Of a DNA stretch of 33,846 bases, positions 18,865 to 29,261 are shown one piece after another (the first letter of the stretch is position 1; each line of letters starts with the position of its first letter). The notes below the pieces were generated by a model. That model saw only the letters and a program-made list of their open reading frames with translations. It was not told where the DNA came from and ran no database searches. The stretch comes from Paracoccaceae bacterium (GTDB lineage Bacteria > Pseudomonadota > Alphaproteobacteria > Rhodobacterales > Rhodobacteraceae): assembly GCA_011525185.1 (NCBI GenBank), contig WTIQ01000240.1, forward strand, positions 1-33,846. Direction: 5' to 3'. The translations under genes and the position numbers were made by a program.

Positions 18865-19669
18865 CTCTTTTACCGAAAATGGGCCAAAGATCATTTCTAT
18901 TGCTAACCAAAAAGGAGGCGTGGGAAAAACCACGACAGCAATTAATTTAGCAGCGGCTCTCGGGGAAGTGGGCAAACGGGTCCTAATAGTCGACCTTGAT
19001 CCGCAGGGTAACTCGTCCACGGGTCTTGGCATATTACCTGATCAGCGGGAGTACACGACATTTGAATTACTGCTTGAGGGAACGCCGCTAGAAGACGTTA
19101 TTATGCAAACCGACATTGAAAATATTTCAATCATAACCGCCACGACAGATTTAAGTTCAGCAGATATAGAGCTTTATTCAAACGAGAAGCGGGTGTTTAT
19201 GTTGAAAAATGCGCTTGATCCAGAGAAATTACGCGCAAGAAACATTGACTTTATACTGATAGATTGCCCCCCGTCGCTGAACTTGCTGACAATAAATGCA
19301 ATGGTTGCGTCTCATTCCGTATTGATACCGCTGCAAAGTGAGTTTTTTGCCCTTGAGGGGCTATCCCAGCTCATGCTGACAATTAGGGAAGTAAGGACAA
19401 CAGCCAATGAAAATTTGCGAATAGAAGGGGTGGTCTTGACCATGTTTGACGCCCGGAACAATCTTTCTTTATTGGTAGAAGAAGATGCGCGAGAGAACCT
19501 TGGTGATCTTGTTTATAAATCGATCATTCCGCGAAACGTCCGTGTGAGCGAGGCTCCATCACACTCCTTGCCAGTTGTGTCCTATGATCCAACCTCAAAA
19601 GGAGCGCAGGCTTATCGTCAGCTTGCAGCCGAATTTTTGAAAAACAACACATCGTTAACAGCAGCATAA
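18857..19669 (+). CDS. parA: chromosome partitioning ATPase ParA
   Basis: 270 aa with the deviant Walker A NQKGGVGKTTTAINLA. A GTG start overlaps the rsmG stop. Confidence 0.95.
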   Translation: MHDSFTENGPKIISIANQKGGVGKTTTAINLAAALGEVGKRVLIVDLDPQGNSSTGLGILPDQREYTTFELLLEGTPLEDVIMQTDIENISIITATTDLSSADIELYSNEKRVFMLKNALDPEKLRARNIDFILIDCPPSLNLLTINAMVASHSVLIPLQSEFFALEGLSQLMLTIREVRTTANENLRIEGVVLTMFDARNNLSLLVEEDARENLGDLVYKSIIPRNVRVSEAPSHSLPVVSYDPTSKGAQAYRQLAAEFLKNNTSLTAA

Positions 19670-19680
19670 AGGGTAAAGTA

Positions 19681-20604
19681 GTGTCTTCTAAAAGAGCAAA
19701 GGGTTTGGGCCGCGGTCTTTCCGCATTAATGGCAGGTGTCGACACAGCTGCACAACCTAGGGAAGATAACGCGAGCCAAGGCCTTCCGATCGAGCTGGGC
19801 GAAAAATATGTACCCATCGAAAAAATATTTCCAAACCCCGAGCAACCGCGTCGTCGTTTTGCTGATGAAGATCTAGAGGATCTAGCGAATTCTATTAGGG
19901 CTAAGGGCGTCATACAGCCGCTTATTGTGCGCAAGCGCCCCAATGGCGAAGGCGAGTTTGAAATTGTTGCTGGCGAACGCCGCTGGCGTGCCTCTCAAAT
20001 GGCGCAGCTGCATGAGCTGCCTGTTATCGAGCGCGAATTTACAGATACAGAAGTGCTGGAAGTTGCGATCATTGAAAACATACAGCGATCTGATCTTAAC
20101 CCTGTGGAAGAGGCCTTTGGCTATCAGCAGCTCATGGATAAGTTTGGCCATACTCAAGAAAAGCTTGCCGAGGCGCTTGGTAAAAGCCGCAGTTATATAG
20201 CCAACCTCCTGCGGTTGCTTAATTTGCCAGATACAGTGCAGGATTATTTGAAGGAAGGAAAGTTGAGCATCGGGCACGCACGGGCGTTGATCACAACGGA
20301 TAATGCGACCTCTATTGCCCGCCAAGTTGTAGAGGGTGGCCTTTCTGTTCGAGAGACCGAAAAGCTTGTTAAGCGCCTTGCGCAGGGGAGCGAAAACAGT
20401 GACGCGACCCCCAAACAACGAGCGCCTAGCGCTGCTGACAAGGATGCCGATACCAAGGCGCTCGAGGGCGATTTGTCTGCGGCAATTGGAATGTCAGTTA
20501 GCGTGAACCATGATTCTAAAAATGAAAAAGGAACGGTTGTGATCAGTTATTCCAGCCTGGATCAGCTGGATGATATCTGTCGGATTATTAATTCAAACAA
20601 CTAA
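19681..20604 (+). CDS. parB: chromosome partitioning protein ParB
   Basis: 307 aa with the ParB box NPEQPRRRF, the GERRWRA arginine patch and an HTH region (QEKLAEALGKSRSYIANLLRLL). Confidence 0.95.
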   Translation: MSSKRAKGLGRGLSALMAGVDTAAQPREDNASQGLPIELGEKYVPIEKIFPNPEQPRRRFADEDLEDLANSIRAKGVIQPLIVRKRPNGEGEFEIVAGERRWRASQMAQLHELPVIEREFTDTEVLEVAIIENIQRSDLNPVEEAFGYQQLMDKFGHTQEKLAEALGKSRSYIANLLRLLNLPDTVQDYLKEGKLSIGHARALITTDNATSIARQVVEGGLSVRETEKLVKRLAQGSENSDATPKQRAPSAADKDADTKALEGDLSAAIGMSVSVNHDSKNEKGTVVISYSSLDQLDDICRIINSNN

Positions 20605-20607
20605 AGC

Positions 20608-20631
20608 GAGGGGCAATCGCTATTGCCCCTC
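20608..20631 (+). terminator. GC-rich hairpin between convergent parB and hemW, a possible terminator
   Basis: GAGGGGCAAT-CGCT-ATTGCCCCTC is a perfect 10-bp stem starting 3 nt after the parB stop. It overlaps the last codons of hemW. There is no clear U-tract on the plus strand and a modestly T-rich one on minus. Confidence 0.4.
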
Positions 20632-21798
20632 CAGAATACTTAGGATTTGAGAGATTGTGTGATTTAAGACCATTCGGCCGCGCGCAGTCGTTTTCAGTCG
20701 CCCTTCGTCAATTATAGCAAGCTCCTGAATTTGTCCCGTTGCCAAAGCAGATACGTCAAGGTTTGGAAAAAACGTTTTAAGTCTCTTGAGGGAGATGCCC
20801 CTAGAAAGCCGTAGGCCCATGAGCAGAATCTCAGATGCTTGATCTGCGAGTGGGATTACAGAGCGGCTCACGTCATCCGAACCTTGAAGAACAGTCTCAA
20901 GCCAAGTGTTTGGTTGCAAAACTGTTTCAGTCGCAAAGCGCTGATTATTGTAACTAAGCCGACCATGCGCGCCTGGCCCAATTCCAGCATAGTCACCGCA
21001 ATTCCAATAAACCAGATTGTGCCTACATTCAGAGGCCGGCGTGGCATGATTAGACACTTCATAAGAGCTTAGCCCACAAGCCTCGCACAATTCTTGGGTG
21101 ATCTCGTATAGGTCGCATGCCAAGTCATCATCAGGCAGCCCCTTAAGCCGACCCGCCTTATAAAGATCGCCAAAGGCTGTCCCACTCTCAATTGTAAGTT
21201 GGTACAGAGACATATGGTCTAAACCCAAGCTAAGTGCTTGATTTAATTCATTTTTCCATTGGTCTAGCGTTTGATTCTGACGCGCATAAATGAGGTCAAA
21301 GCTTGTTTTGTCAAAGGTTTTTCGAGCAATTTCAAAGGCCTGCAAAGCTTCAGCCGCAGTATGAAGCCGGCCAAGGCGCTTTAGATCGGTATCGTTTAAG
21401 GATTGAATGCCCATGGAGAGCCTGTTGACGCCCGCAGCGCGAAAGCCTGAAAGCTTTTGAGATTCGACTGATGTAGGATTGGCCTCTAGGGTGATCTCGC
21501 ATTTATCTGAAACAGCCCAGTGTGAGGCAATTTTTTTAATGATGTCACCGACAAGGCTCGGTGACATGAGACTCGGCGTGCCACCGCCGAAAAAGATGCT
21601 GTTGACTTCACGCGGCCCTATGAGGTCTGCAGTACGGTCTATTTCTCGCATATAGGCTGATTGCCAAAGCGCCTCATCAATAGCCTTAGACACATGACTG
21701 TTAAAGTCACAGTAGGGGCATTTGGCGGCGCAGAAGGGCCAGTGCACATAGACGCCAAAGCCCCCATTCTTCCAATCCTCAGTCTCCGAAATGGTCAT
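20620..21798 (-). CDS. hemW: radical SAM HemN-like protein (HemW/YggW family heme chaperone)
   Basis: It has the radical-SAM motif HWPFCAAKCPYCDF near the N-terminus and lies downstream of rdgB, as in the E. coli yggV-yggW pair. I chose the start MTISETEDW at 21798. The track's longer form lies inside rdgB. Confidence 0.85.
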   Translation of the reverse strand: MTISETEDWKNGGFGVYVHWPFCAAKCPYCDFNSHVSKAIDEALWQSAYMREIDRTADLIGPREVNSIFFGGGTPSLMSPSLVGDIIKKIASHWAVSDKCEITLEANPTSVESQKLSGFRAAGVNRLSMGIQSLNDTDLKRLGRLHTAAEALQAFEIARKTFDKTSFDLIYARQNQTLDQWKNELNQALSLGLDHMSLYQLTIESGTAFGDLYKAGRLKGLPDDDLACDLYEITQELCEACGLSSYEVSNHATPASECRHNLVYWNCGDYAGIGPGAHGRLSYNNQRFATETVLQPNTWLETVLQGSDDVSRSVIPLADQASEILLMGLRLSRGISLKRLKTFFPNLDVSALATGQIQELAIIDEGRLKTTARGRMVLNHTISQILSILEGQ

Positions 21799-22396
21799 AG
21801 AGCTTATCAAAGGCCTTTGCGCGGTGGCTAATTTTGTTTTTCTCCCAGCGATCCATTTCACCAAAAGTCACGTCAAACCCGTCTGGTTGAAAAATCGGGT
21901 CATAGCCATGTCCAAGCTCGCCGCGCATGGGCCAAACGATTTGACCTGGCATTTCGCCAGCAAACACCAGATCATGACCATCTGGCCAAGCGAGGACAAG
22001 GGTACAACAAAACTGTGCGCGTCTTGGGTAGGGCGCGGATTTCTTTTCTAGTAGTTCATGGGCTTTTGTCATCGCCACCACAAAGTCGCGACCTTGGTCT
22101 GTTTCTGCCCAATCCGCAGTGTAGACGCCTGGTGCTCCATTGAGGGCATCAATTGCAATGCCGCTGTCATCTGCGAGAGAGGGTAGGCCGCTCGCTCGTG
22201 CTGCCGCGTGGGCCTTGATGCGGGCATTACCGACAAAGCTCGTCTCGGTTTCTTCTGGCTCTGGCAAGCCAAGCTCTTTGGCGCTTGTAAGCGATAGGTT
22301 GTATCGCTTTAACAGATCTGCGCACTCTTCGAGCTTGCCTTGATTGTGTGTGGCAATGACAAGGGTCTGGCGGCGTATATCCCGCGTTACTGACAT
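21779..22396 (-). CDS. rdgB: non-canonical purine NTP pyrophosphatase (dITP/XTP) RdgB
   Basis: 205 aa of Ham1 family ([13 protein letters not shown]...[19 protein letters not shown]...GHGYDPIF). Confidence 0.9.
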   Translation of the reverse strand: MSVTRDIRRQTLVIATHNQGKLEECADLLKRYNLSLTSAKELGLPEPEETETSFVGNARIKAHAAARASGLPSLADDSGIAIDALNGAPGVYTADWAETDQGRDFVVAMTKAHELLEKKSAPYPRRAQFCCTLVLAWPDGHDLVFAGEMPGQIVWPMRGELGHGYDPIFQPDGFDVTFGEMDRWEKNKISHRAKAFDKLYDHFGD

Positions 22397-23100
22397 GCGG
22401 CTGTTTGTGCTGCGACCAGCTCTGCAACACCCTTGTTTGCTAATGCCATGAGCTCGCTCATTTGTGCGGACGAAAATGTAGAGCCTTCTGCGCTCATCTG
22501 TATTTCAATAAGATCGCCAGCGCCTGTCATCACAAAATTTCCATCAACGCCTGCATCGCTGTCTTCTGGATAATCCAGATCAAGCACGGGCTGACCTGCA
22601 TAAATGCCACAGCTCACTGCAGCCACTGGTGATATAAGAGGATCAGAAATGACATCCCCGCTCTTGATGAGAGCATTGACTGCCAAACGAAGAGCGACCC
22701 AACCACCAGTAATTGAGGCGCACCGCGTGCCGCCATCCGCCTGAATCACGTCACAGTCGACGGTGATTTGTCTTTCGCCAAGTGCGACACGATCCACACC
22801 AGCGCGCAAGGCCCGGCCAATCAGCCGTTGAATCTCAACGGTGCGGCCGCCTTGTTTGCCCGAAGCTGCTTCACGACGCATGCGCGACCCAGTAGAGCGC
22901 GGCAACATCCCGTATTCTGCGGTAACCCAGCCAAGACCAGAGCCCTTGATAAAGGGCGGAACGCGTTCTTCGATACTGGCCGTGCATAAGACGTGCGTAT
23001 CTCCGACACGGATCATACAGGACCCCTCGGCATGTTTTGTCACATTTGTCTCAATCGAGATAGCGCGCATCTCGTCTAAGGCTCTGCCAGATGGTCTCAT
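22387..23100 (-). CDS. rph: ribonuclease PH
   Basis: The start [12 protein letters not shown] at 23100 is preceded by AAGGAG. RNase PH motifs are present ([21 protein letters not shown]). The length of 237 aa is typical. Confidence 0.95.
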   Translation of the reverse strand: MRPSGRALDEMRAISIETNVTKHAEGSCMIRVGDTHVLCTASIEERVPPFIKGSGLGWVTAEYGMLPRSTGSRMRREAASGKQGGRTVEIQRLIGRALRAGVDRVALGERQITVDCDVIQADGGTRCASITGGWVALRLAVNALIKSGDVISDPLISPVAAVSCGIYAGQPVLDLDYPEDSDAGVDGNFVMTGAGDLIEIQMSAEGSTFSSAQMSELMALANKGVAELVAAQTAACQ

Positions 23101-23108
23101 GTTTGCTC

Positions 23109-23138
23109 CTTGCTTAAAATTTGTGCACACTTACATCT
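23109..23138 (+). promoter_or_regulatory. possible RpoH (sigma-32)-type promoter for hrcA-grpE
   Basis: CTTG (23109-23112), a 17-nt spacer, then CTTACATCT (23130-23138). This resembles the alphaproteobacterial heat-shock promoter pattern as I recall it (CTTG-N17/18-CYTATNT). It lies about 80 nt upstream of the hrcA ATG. Pattern match only. Confidence 0.25.
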
Positions 23139-23215
23139 GCAACCCCAGAGGAAGCAAGGGTGATTGACCTTTTCTCATTATGGATTTTAATATCTCTCGT
23201 CTATGAGGCGTGCAG

Positions 23216-24280
23216 ATGAGCGAAAACACTAAGATACTCGACGATATGAACAGCCGCACACGTGAAGTGTTTCAGCGGCTTGTAGAGGGCTATTTGGAAA
23301 GTGGAGAGCCTGTGGGGTCTCGTACATTGACGCGAAACCTAAGCGAGAAAGTCAGCCCCGCAACGGTGCGCAATGTCATGCAGGATCTCGAATTTTTGGG
23401 CCTCTTGGATAGCCCGCACATCAGCGCGGGGCGCATACCCACGGAGTTGGGTTTGCGTATGTTCGTAGATGGCCTCTTAGAAGTTAAAACGCTTGGCCTA
23501 GATGATAAGAGAAAGTTGCAAGAAACCCTCTCAGATACAGAGGCAGATGTGAGCGATGCTCTGGATAAGCTGGGCTCGGCGCTTTCTGGTATCACGCAGG
23601 GTGCGTCTCTCGTCCTGACGCCGAAACACGAAGAGCCCATCAAACACATTGAATTTGTTTCCCTCTCACCAGAGCGCGTTCTGGTTGTTTTGGTTTTTGC
23701 AGATGGTGAGGTAGAAAATAGATTATTTACGCCGCCCCTCGGCCTCACTCCGAGCACCCTAAGAGAGGCCGCAAATTTCTTGAACGCGATCATAGAAGGC
23801 AGGACGCTTTCCGAACTACATTCTGTTGTTCAAAACGAGATAGCAGCCCGAAGGCGCGAAATTGATCAATTGGCTCATACGCTCGTCGAATCAGGACTGG
23901 CCGTGTGGCACGAGCCTGGTGGTCTAAACGAGCGACTCATTGTGCGTGGACGCTCTCATCTTATCGGCTCCGATGTAGAGGAGGGCGATGTTGAGCGCAT
24001 AAAATCCTTGTTTGATGACCTTGAACGCAAGCAAGACATCGCAAATTTCCTCGATTTAACTGAAAAAGGCGAGGGCGTACGCATTTTTATTGGCTCAGAG
24101 AATAAACTTTTTTCACTTTCGGGTTCATCTTTGGTGGTTTCTTCATATATGAACGCTGATCACAAGGTGATTGGTGCGATCGGTGTAATTGGTCCAAAGC
24201 GATTGAATTACGGACGCATAGTGCCGATTGTCGATTATACAGCGCAGTTGGTTGGAAAGATGATTTCCAAACGAACGTAA
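23216..24280 (+). CDS. hrcA: heat-inducible transcription repressor HrcA
   Basis: HrcA-type N-terminal wHTH (REVFQRLVEGYLESGEPVGSRTL) and C-terminal domain. The start is ATG 23216 or GTG 23210. Confidence 0.9.
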   Translation: MSENTKILDDMNSRTREVFQRLVEGYLESGEPVGSRTLTRNLSEKVSPATVRNVMQDLEFLGLLDSPHISAGRIPTELGLRMFVDGLLEVKTLGLDDKRKLQETLSDTEADVSDALDKLGSALSGITQGASLVLTPKHEEPIKHIEFVSLSPERVLVVLVFADGEVENRLFTPPLGLTPSTLREAANFLNAIIEGRTLSELHSVVQNEIAARRREIDQLAHTLVESGLAVWHEPGGLNERLIVRGRSHLIGSDVEEGDVERIKSLFDDLERKQDIANFLDLTEKGEGVRIFIGSENKLFSLSGSSLVVSSYMNADHKVIGAIGVIGPKRLNYGRIVPIVDYTAQLVGKMISKRT

Positions 24281-24290
24281 AGGACAACAC

Positions 24291-24881
24291 ATGGTAGACC
24301 AAAAAGAAGATGATTTTTTGGACAACATTGAGGATATTACCGCCCTGTCGGAACAAGATGAGGGTGAAGATCAAGAGGAGTTGATCGATTTCGAAAGCGC
24401 GTCAGCGGATTTTGAAGAAATAGATGCCATTCGTGCTGAGAGAGACGATTATCGCGACAAATTCATGCGTGCCCTTGCGGATGCTGAAAACTCGCGTAAA
24501 CGAGCAGATCGTGATCGGCGTGAGGCTGAAAACTACGGTGGATCCAAGCTGTCTCGTGATCTCTTGCCCGTTTATGACAACCTCAGTCGCGCGATTGGCG
24601 CTGCAAGTGAGGAGATGGATGAAAGCGCCAAGGCCATTGTTGAAGGCGTTCAGCTCACTATGCGGGAGCTCGTCAACGTGTTTCGCAAACATGGGATTGA
24701 GCCCATAACCCCCGAGGTAGGTGATAAGTTCGATCCAAAATTGCATCAAGCCATGTTTGAGGCCCCCTTACCTGGAACCAAAGCGGGCGACATTATTCAG
24801 GTCTCGTCCGAAGGTTTTATGCTACACGATCGACTGTTGCGGCCCGCACAGGTCGGCGTGTCCTCTGCCCCAGCAGAATAA
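24291..24881 (+). CDS. grpE: nucleotide exchange factor GrpE
   Basis: 196 aa with an acidic N-terminus and the GrpE core (RALADAENSRKRADRD...FDPKLHQAM...GFMLHDRLLRPAQVGV). Confidence 0.95.
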   Translation: MVDQKEDDFLDNIEDITALSEQDEGEDQEELIDFESASADFEEIDAIRAERDDYRDKFMRALADAENSRKRADRDRREAENYGGSKLSRDLLPVYDNLSRAIGAASEEMDESAKAIVEGVQLTMRELVNVFRKHGIEPITPEVGDKFDPKLHQAMFEAPLPGTKAGDIIQVSSEGFMLHDRLLRPAQVGVSSAPAE

Positions 24882-24884
24882 AAA

Positions 24885-27506
24885 TTACGATTTACCAAGA
24901 AGCTCTTTAAGATCATACAACGTCTGAAGGGCTTCTCTAGGGCTCAACTCATCTGGATGAATCTGTTTCAAAGCCTCACGGATTTCAGAATCTTGCTGTG
25001 GCTTCGGCGCAGGCGTTCGGGAGAACTCAGCAAAAAGCGGAAGATCGTCGACCACTGTGCCTTGTTTTGACGTGCCCTCCCGTTCACCCTTTTCAAGTGC
25101 GCTCAAGACATCGCGGGCCCGACGGATCACTATATCTGGAAGCCCCGCCAATTGGGCAACTTGTACCCCGTATGAGCGATCAGCGGCACCTTTCTTGACT
25201 TCGTGCAAAAAGATGACGTTGCCCTCCCACTCTTTGACGGCCACGGTCGCATTTTCGACCCTATCAAGGCGATTAGAGAGGTTTGTCAGCTCATGGTAAT
25301 GAGTTGCAAAGAGTGCGCGGGATTGATTGATATCATGCAGATGCTCAAGCGTCGCCCAAGCAATTGATAGACCATCATAGGTGGCTGTTCCCCGTCCAAT
25401 CTCGTCCAAAATCACCAAAGCGCGATCATCGGATTGATTGAGGATCGCGGCTGTTTCGATCATCTCAACCATAAATGTAGAACGCCCCCGCGCCAGATCG
25501 TCGGACGCCCCAACACGACTAAACACCTGCGTGACAAGTCCAATATGCGCGTGATCTGCTGGAACGAAGCAACCCATCTGCGCAAGGATTGCAATCAAGG
25601 CATTTTGCCGTAAAAACGTGGACTTACCCGCCATATTAGGGCCTGTCAAAAGCCAAATACCGCCATTTTCAAGGTCGCAATCATTGGCAATAAAGGGATC
25701 GCCATCCCGCGTGAGCGCATGTTCAACAACGGGGTGCCTCCCCGCTATGATGGAAAATGATCTGCTTTCGTCTACGCTGGGCCGTTTCCAGTTTTTATGA
25801 CGCGCCAGCTCTGAAAACGAAAGCGACAGATCAAACTCTGCAAGTGCGCTAGACGTCTCGCTTAAACTCTCTACATGTGCCACGACAGCTTCACAAAGGT
25901 GCTCGAATATTTTCTTTTCGATTTCCAAAGCGACCGAGGAAGCGTTGAGGATTTTTGTTTCCAGCTCAGAGAGTTCTACTGTGGTAAATCGGACTTGGTT
26001 CGCTGTTGTTTGTCGGTGAATGAATGTCTCGCTCAAGGGGGGAGCAAGCATTTTTTCCGAGTGCGTCGCTGGCGTTTCAACGAAATATCCCAACACGTTG
26101 TTGTGTTTGATTTTAAGGGATTGCACGCTGGTTAGAGACGCATATTGCGCCTGAAGCCCCGCAATAACGCTGCGTCCTTCATCCCGTAATATCCGCAGCT
26201 CATCTAACTCTGCGTCAAACCCCTTTGCGATAAAGCCACCATCTCTTGTCAACAGAGGAGGGTCTTCGACAAGGGCCGAGTTCAAATGTTCGATTAATAC
26301 GCTATGACCTGTGAGTTTTTTGTGCGCCAACGTAAGGCAGTTTTGAAGCTCTAGCTCGCTTGTGGTCTGCCAAATAGTTTGAGCTTCTGTAAGCGCTGTT
26401 ACAATCGCGCGCAAATCTCTTGGGCCACCTCGATCAAGTGACAAGCGCGACAGCGCTCTCTCAAGATCAGGACACTTTTTTAAGGACTGTGACACAGTCT
26501 CACCCGTATCTGGATGAGCGAGCCAGTCATCAATGGCATCAAGTCGATCTTTGATCTCTTCTAACTCTAGCGAAGGCGAGGAGACCCTCTGTTCCAAAAG
26601 TCGCGCTCCGGCCGCTGTTTTGGTTCTGTCAATCACGGATAAAAGCGACCCCTGCTTTTGTCCTGCCATTGTGCGTGTCAGCTCCAAATTTCTCCGTGTA
26701 GCGGCATCAATCTGCATGATCCGTTCGGACAATTGCTGTTTGGGCGCCTTTAAAAGGGGCAGCCTCCCTTTTTGCGTAACTTCGAGATAATCTATAATGG
26801 CACCAAGGGCCGAGACCTCAGCACGATCAAACTGACCAAACGCGTCTAAAGCTTCTACATTAAATGTAGATTTGAGCCGATGAAGTCCCGATGTGCTGTC
26901 AAAAGAAGCGGCACTCAAAGCCGTGAGCGAACATGAGAAATCCTCCGCAATAGGCTCTAATTCATCTCTCTGACTGTCGGGCACAATAAGCTCACTTGGA
27001 CCCAAGCGGGCAAGCTCCGCCCCCAAGCTGACTCGAGCCAGCTTTTGAACGTTTAACTCACCAGTGGAAATATCCACCCAAGCCAAGGCAGCCTTGTCGC
27101 GGATTTCTAAGAACGCAGCGAGAAAGTTATTCTTGCGCGCCTCTAAAAGGCTGTCTTCCGTTAGTGTTCCTGGGGTGACAAGGCGCACAACATCGCGCCT
27201 TACGACCGATTTACTGCCGCGCCTCTTCGCCTCAGCGGGGCTTTCCATTTGCTCACAAACGGCAACACGGAACCCTTTTTTTATGAGGGTCAAAAGATAG
27301 CCTTCTGCTGCATGATGGGGGACGCCACACATGGCAATATCCGCACCTTCATGCTTTCCGCGCTTAGTAAGGGCAATATCAAGGGCCTGAGACGCGGCAA
27401 CCGCGTCATCAAAAAACAATTCATAAAAATCGCCCATCCGATAGAATAAGAGCGCATCTTTATAATTCTGCTTTAGCTCAAGATATTGGGCCATCATTGG
27501 CGTCAT
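24885..27506 (-). CDS. mutS: DNA mismatch repair protein MutS
   Basis: 873 aa. It starts [12 protein letters not shown] and has the mismatch-binding motif GDFYELF, Walker [10 protein letters not shown] and [10 protein letters not shown]. Confidence 0.97.
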   Translation of the reverse strand: MTPMMAQYLELKQNYKDALLFYRMGDFYELFFDDAVAASQALDIALTKRGKHEGADIAMCGVPHHAAEGYLLTLIKKGFRVAVCEQMESPAEAKRRGSKSVVRRDVVRLVTPGTLTEDSLLEARKNNFLAAFLEIRDKAALAWVDISTGELNVQKLARVSLGAELARLGPSELIVPDSQRDELEPIAEDFSCSLTALSAASFDSTSGLHRLKSTFNVEALDAFGQFDRAEVSALGAIIDYLEVTQKGRLPLLKAPKQQLSERIMQIDAATRRNLELTRTMAGQKQGSLLSVIDRTKTAAGARLLEQRVSSPSLELEEIKDRLDAIDDWLAHPDTGETVSQSLKKCPDLERALSRLSLDRGGPRDLRAIVTALTEAQTIWQTTSELELQNCLTLAHKKLTGHSVLIEHLNSALVEDPPLLTRDGGFIAKGFDAELDELRILRDEGRSVIAGLQAQYASLTSVQSLKIKHNNVLGYFVETPATHSEKMLAPPLSETFIHRQTTANQVRFTTVELSELETKILNASSVALEIEKKIFEHLCEAVVAHVESLSETSSALAEFDLSLSFSELARHKNWKRPSVDESRSFSIIAGRHPVVEHALTRDGDPFIANDCDLENGGIWLLTGPNMAGKSTFLRQNALIAILAQMGCFVPADHAHIGLVTQVFSRVGASDDLARGRSTFMVEMIETAAILNQSDDRALVILDEIGRGTATYDGLSIAWATLEHLHDINQSRALFATHYHELTNLSNRLDRVENATVAVKEWEGNVIFLHEVKKGAADRSYGVQVAQLAGLPDIVIRRARDVLSALEKGEREGTSKQGTVVDDLPLFAEFSRTPAPKPQQDSEIREALKQIHPDELSPREALQTLYDLKELLGKS

Positions 27507-27602
27507 GGGCGGATCCTTTGACTTTGACGTTCTGTGTAAATGCGGTTTAACTAAATCGAAAGGTTTAAATCAAAATTTGACATATCTGCTGGAGGCCATT
27601 TC

Positions 27603-28480
27603 GTGACCATTTACAATTTAGGCTCAATTAATGCGGATCATTTTTATCGTTTGCCAAATCTTCCACAGCCTGGGGAGACTTTATTTTCTACTCATTATTT
27701 TCGAGGTCTCGGGGGAAAAGGAACCAATATGTCAGTGGCGGCGGCGAGGGCGGCGGCCCGAGTGATCCACATTGGCGCTGTTGGTCAGGATGGGGCATGG
27801 GCGGTTGAGACGCTGATGGAATATGGCGTTGACACGCGTTACATCGCACAAGGCTCGATAACGGGCCATGCAAATGTTTTCCTCGACCCGAGCGGCGAAA
27901 ACGCGATCGTTTTGCACGCAGGGGCTAACCACGAGCTTACTGAAAATCAAATCGCGGAGGCGCTTTCATTATCGTCCACGGGTGACATTTTTCTTTTGCA
28001 AAACGAAATAAATATGCAAACTGAAGCGGCGAAATTGGCGTCATCCCTTGGGTTATATGTCGTTTATGCAGCAGCTCCCTTTGACGCGCAGTCGGTCAAG
28101 GGGGTTTGCCATATGTAAATTGCCTCATAATGAATGAAATTGAAGCACAACAATTGACGCAAGCGCTAGGACAAGAGCTGGGCGCATTGGGGCCAGAGCT
28201 AATTGTTGTCACACTTGGCAGTAAGGGCTCTAAAACAATTGAAAAGGCGACTGGAAAAATTACGCATATAGATCCCATTGCAGTAAAGGCGATTGATACA
28301 ACAGGGGCCGGCGATACCTACACGGGGTACTTTGTTGCTGGATTAGATCGGGGGTTTTCTGTCCAACACTCAGCGCGGCTCGCAACACAGGCAGCCGCGC
28401 TTATGGTTACCAAAGAGGGTACTGCTGATGTTATTCCTGATTTGAAGGATATAGAGGATTATTTCGGACCCAACGCCTGA
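27603..28480 (+). pseudogene. PfkB/ribokinase-family sugar kinase split by a frameshift at the G5 run 28100-28104
   Basis: The two track ORFs (27603-28118 and 28106-28480) together make one ribokinase-like protein. The N-terminal part carries GSINADH...PGETL and GGKGTNMSVAAA. The C-terminal part carries NEIEA and DTTGAGDTYTGYF. Stepping back 1 nt in GGGGG gives ...SVKGGLPYVNCLIMNEIEA..., with spacing like E. coli RbsK. Confidence 0.8.
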
Positions 28481-29122
28481 TTATTTTGCAAAAGGAGCCG
28501 CAGGCCCCCAGAGCTCTTTTACGCGTCTATCTCTGCCGCAGGCCTCACGATATTTTTTATATGCTGATGCTTGCGTGCGTGGACCAAAGCGGGTGAGGAT
28601 CAATTTACTCCCTTTATAATAATCCTGATGATAGTCTTCTGCCTTGTAAAAGTTCTTGAACGCCACGACAGGCGTGACAATCTTTTGCCCTAAAGCAATT
28701 GAGGCGTTTTTAACTTCTCGTTGTGCAATGGCTTTTTCTTGGTTGTTGGCAAAGTAAATGGCGCTAGAATATCCAAAACCACGGTCACAAAATTGACCCC
28801 CTTCATCTGTTGGATCAATGGATCTCAGAAACATATTTATAAGTGTCGCGCGTGAGATAACGCTTGGGTCAAAATCTATCTCAACGGCTTCTCTATGGCC
28901 AGTGCCGCCATTGGTGACCTGTTTATAGCTTGGCTTGGCAACATCGCCGCCAGAAAATCCTGAACTCACCTCCCGCACGCCTTTGACCCGCTCGAAGTCC
29001 GCTTCGACACACCAAAAACAACCACCAGCGACATAGAGCTTATCGGCTTGGGCGGTGGGAGAATATAGAATAAAGACAGATAAGAGCGCTGCAAGGAGGT
29101 TTAATGTCTTGAGATGAGCCAT
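28481..29122 (-). CDS. msrA: peptide-methionine (S)-S-oxide reductase MsrA with an N-terminal signal peptide
   Basis: It has the catalytic motif GGCFWCVEADFE. I chose the start MAHLKTLNLLAALLSVFILYSPTAQA|DK at 29122, which gives a signal-peptide-like N-terminus with an AXA site. The track start at 29167 adds 15 aa and has no RBS. Confidence 0.88.
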   Translation of the reverse strand: MAHLKTLNLLAALLSVFILYSPTAQADKLYVAGGCFWCVEADFERVKGVREVSSGFSGGDVAKPSYKQVTNGGTGHREAVEIDFDPSVISRATLINMFLRSIDPTDEGGQFCDRGFGYSSAIYFANNQEKAIAQREVKNASIALGQKIVTPVVAFKNFYKAEDYHQDYYKGSKLILTRFGPRTQASAYKKYREACGRDRRVKELWGPAAPFAK

Positions 29123-29261
29123 ATTCAATCTTTCGCTTCTTCCGAGATTGTTATCTAGCACACTCATTGGGTTTCGTGATACGTCTCACTCAATTGTGAT
29201 AGATCGTGTTTAAGTGAGAGCATCTTATGGGCTTGTTCAAGGGATTAGAGTGGCAAAGGCT

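Noticed and set aside
23101-23215. CIRCE operator upstream of hrcA
   Set aside because: I searched by eye on both strands and found no TTAGCACTC/GAGTGCTAA arms.
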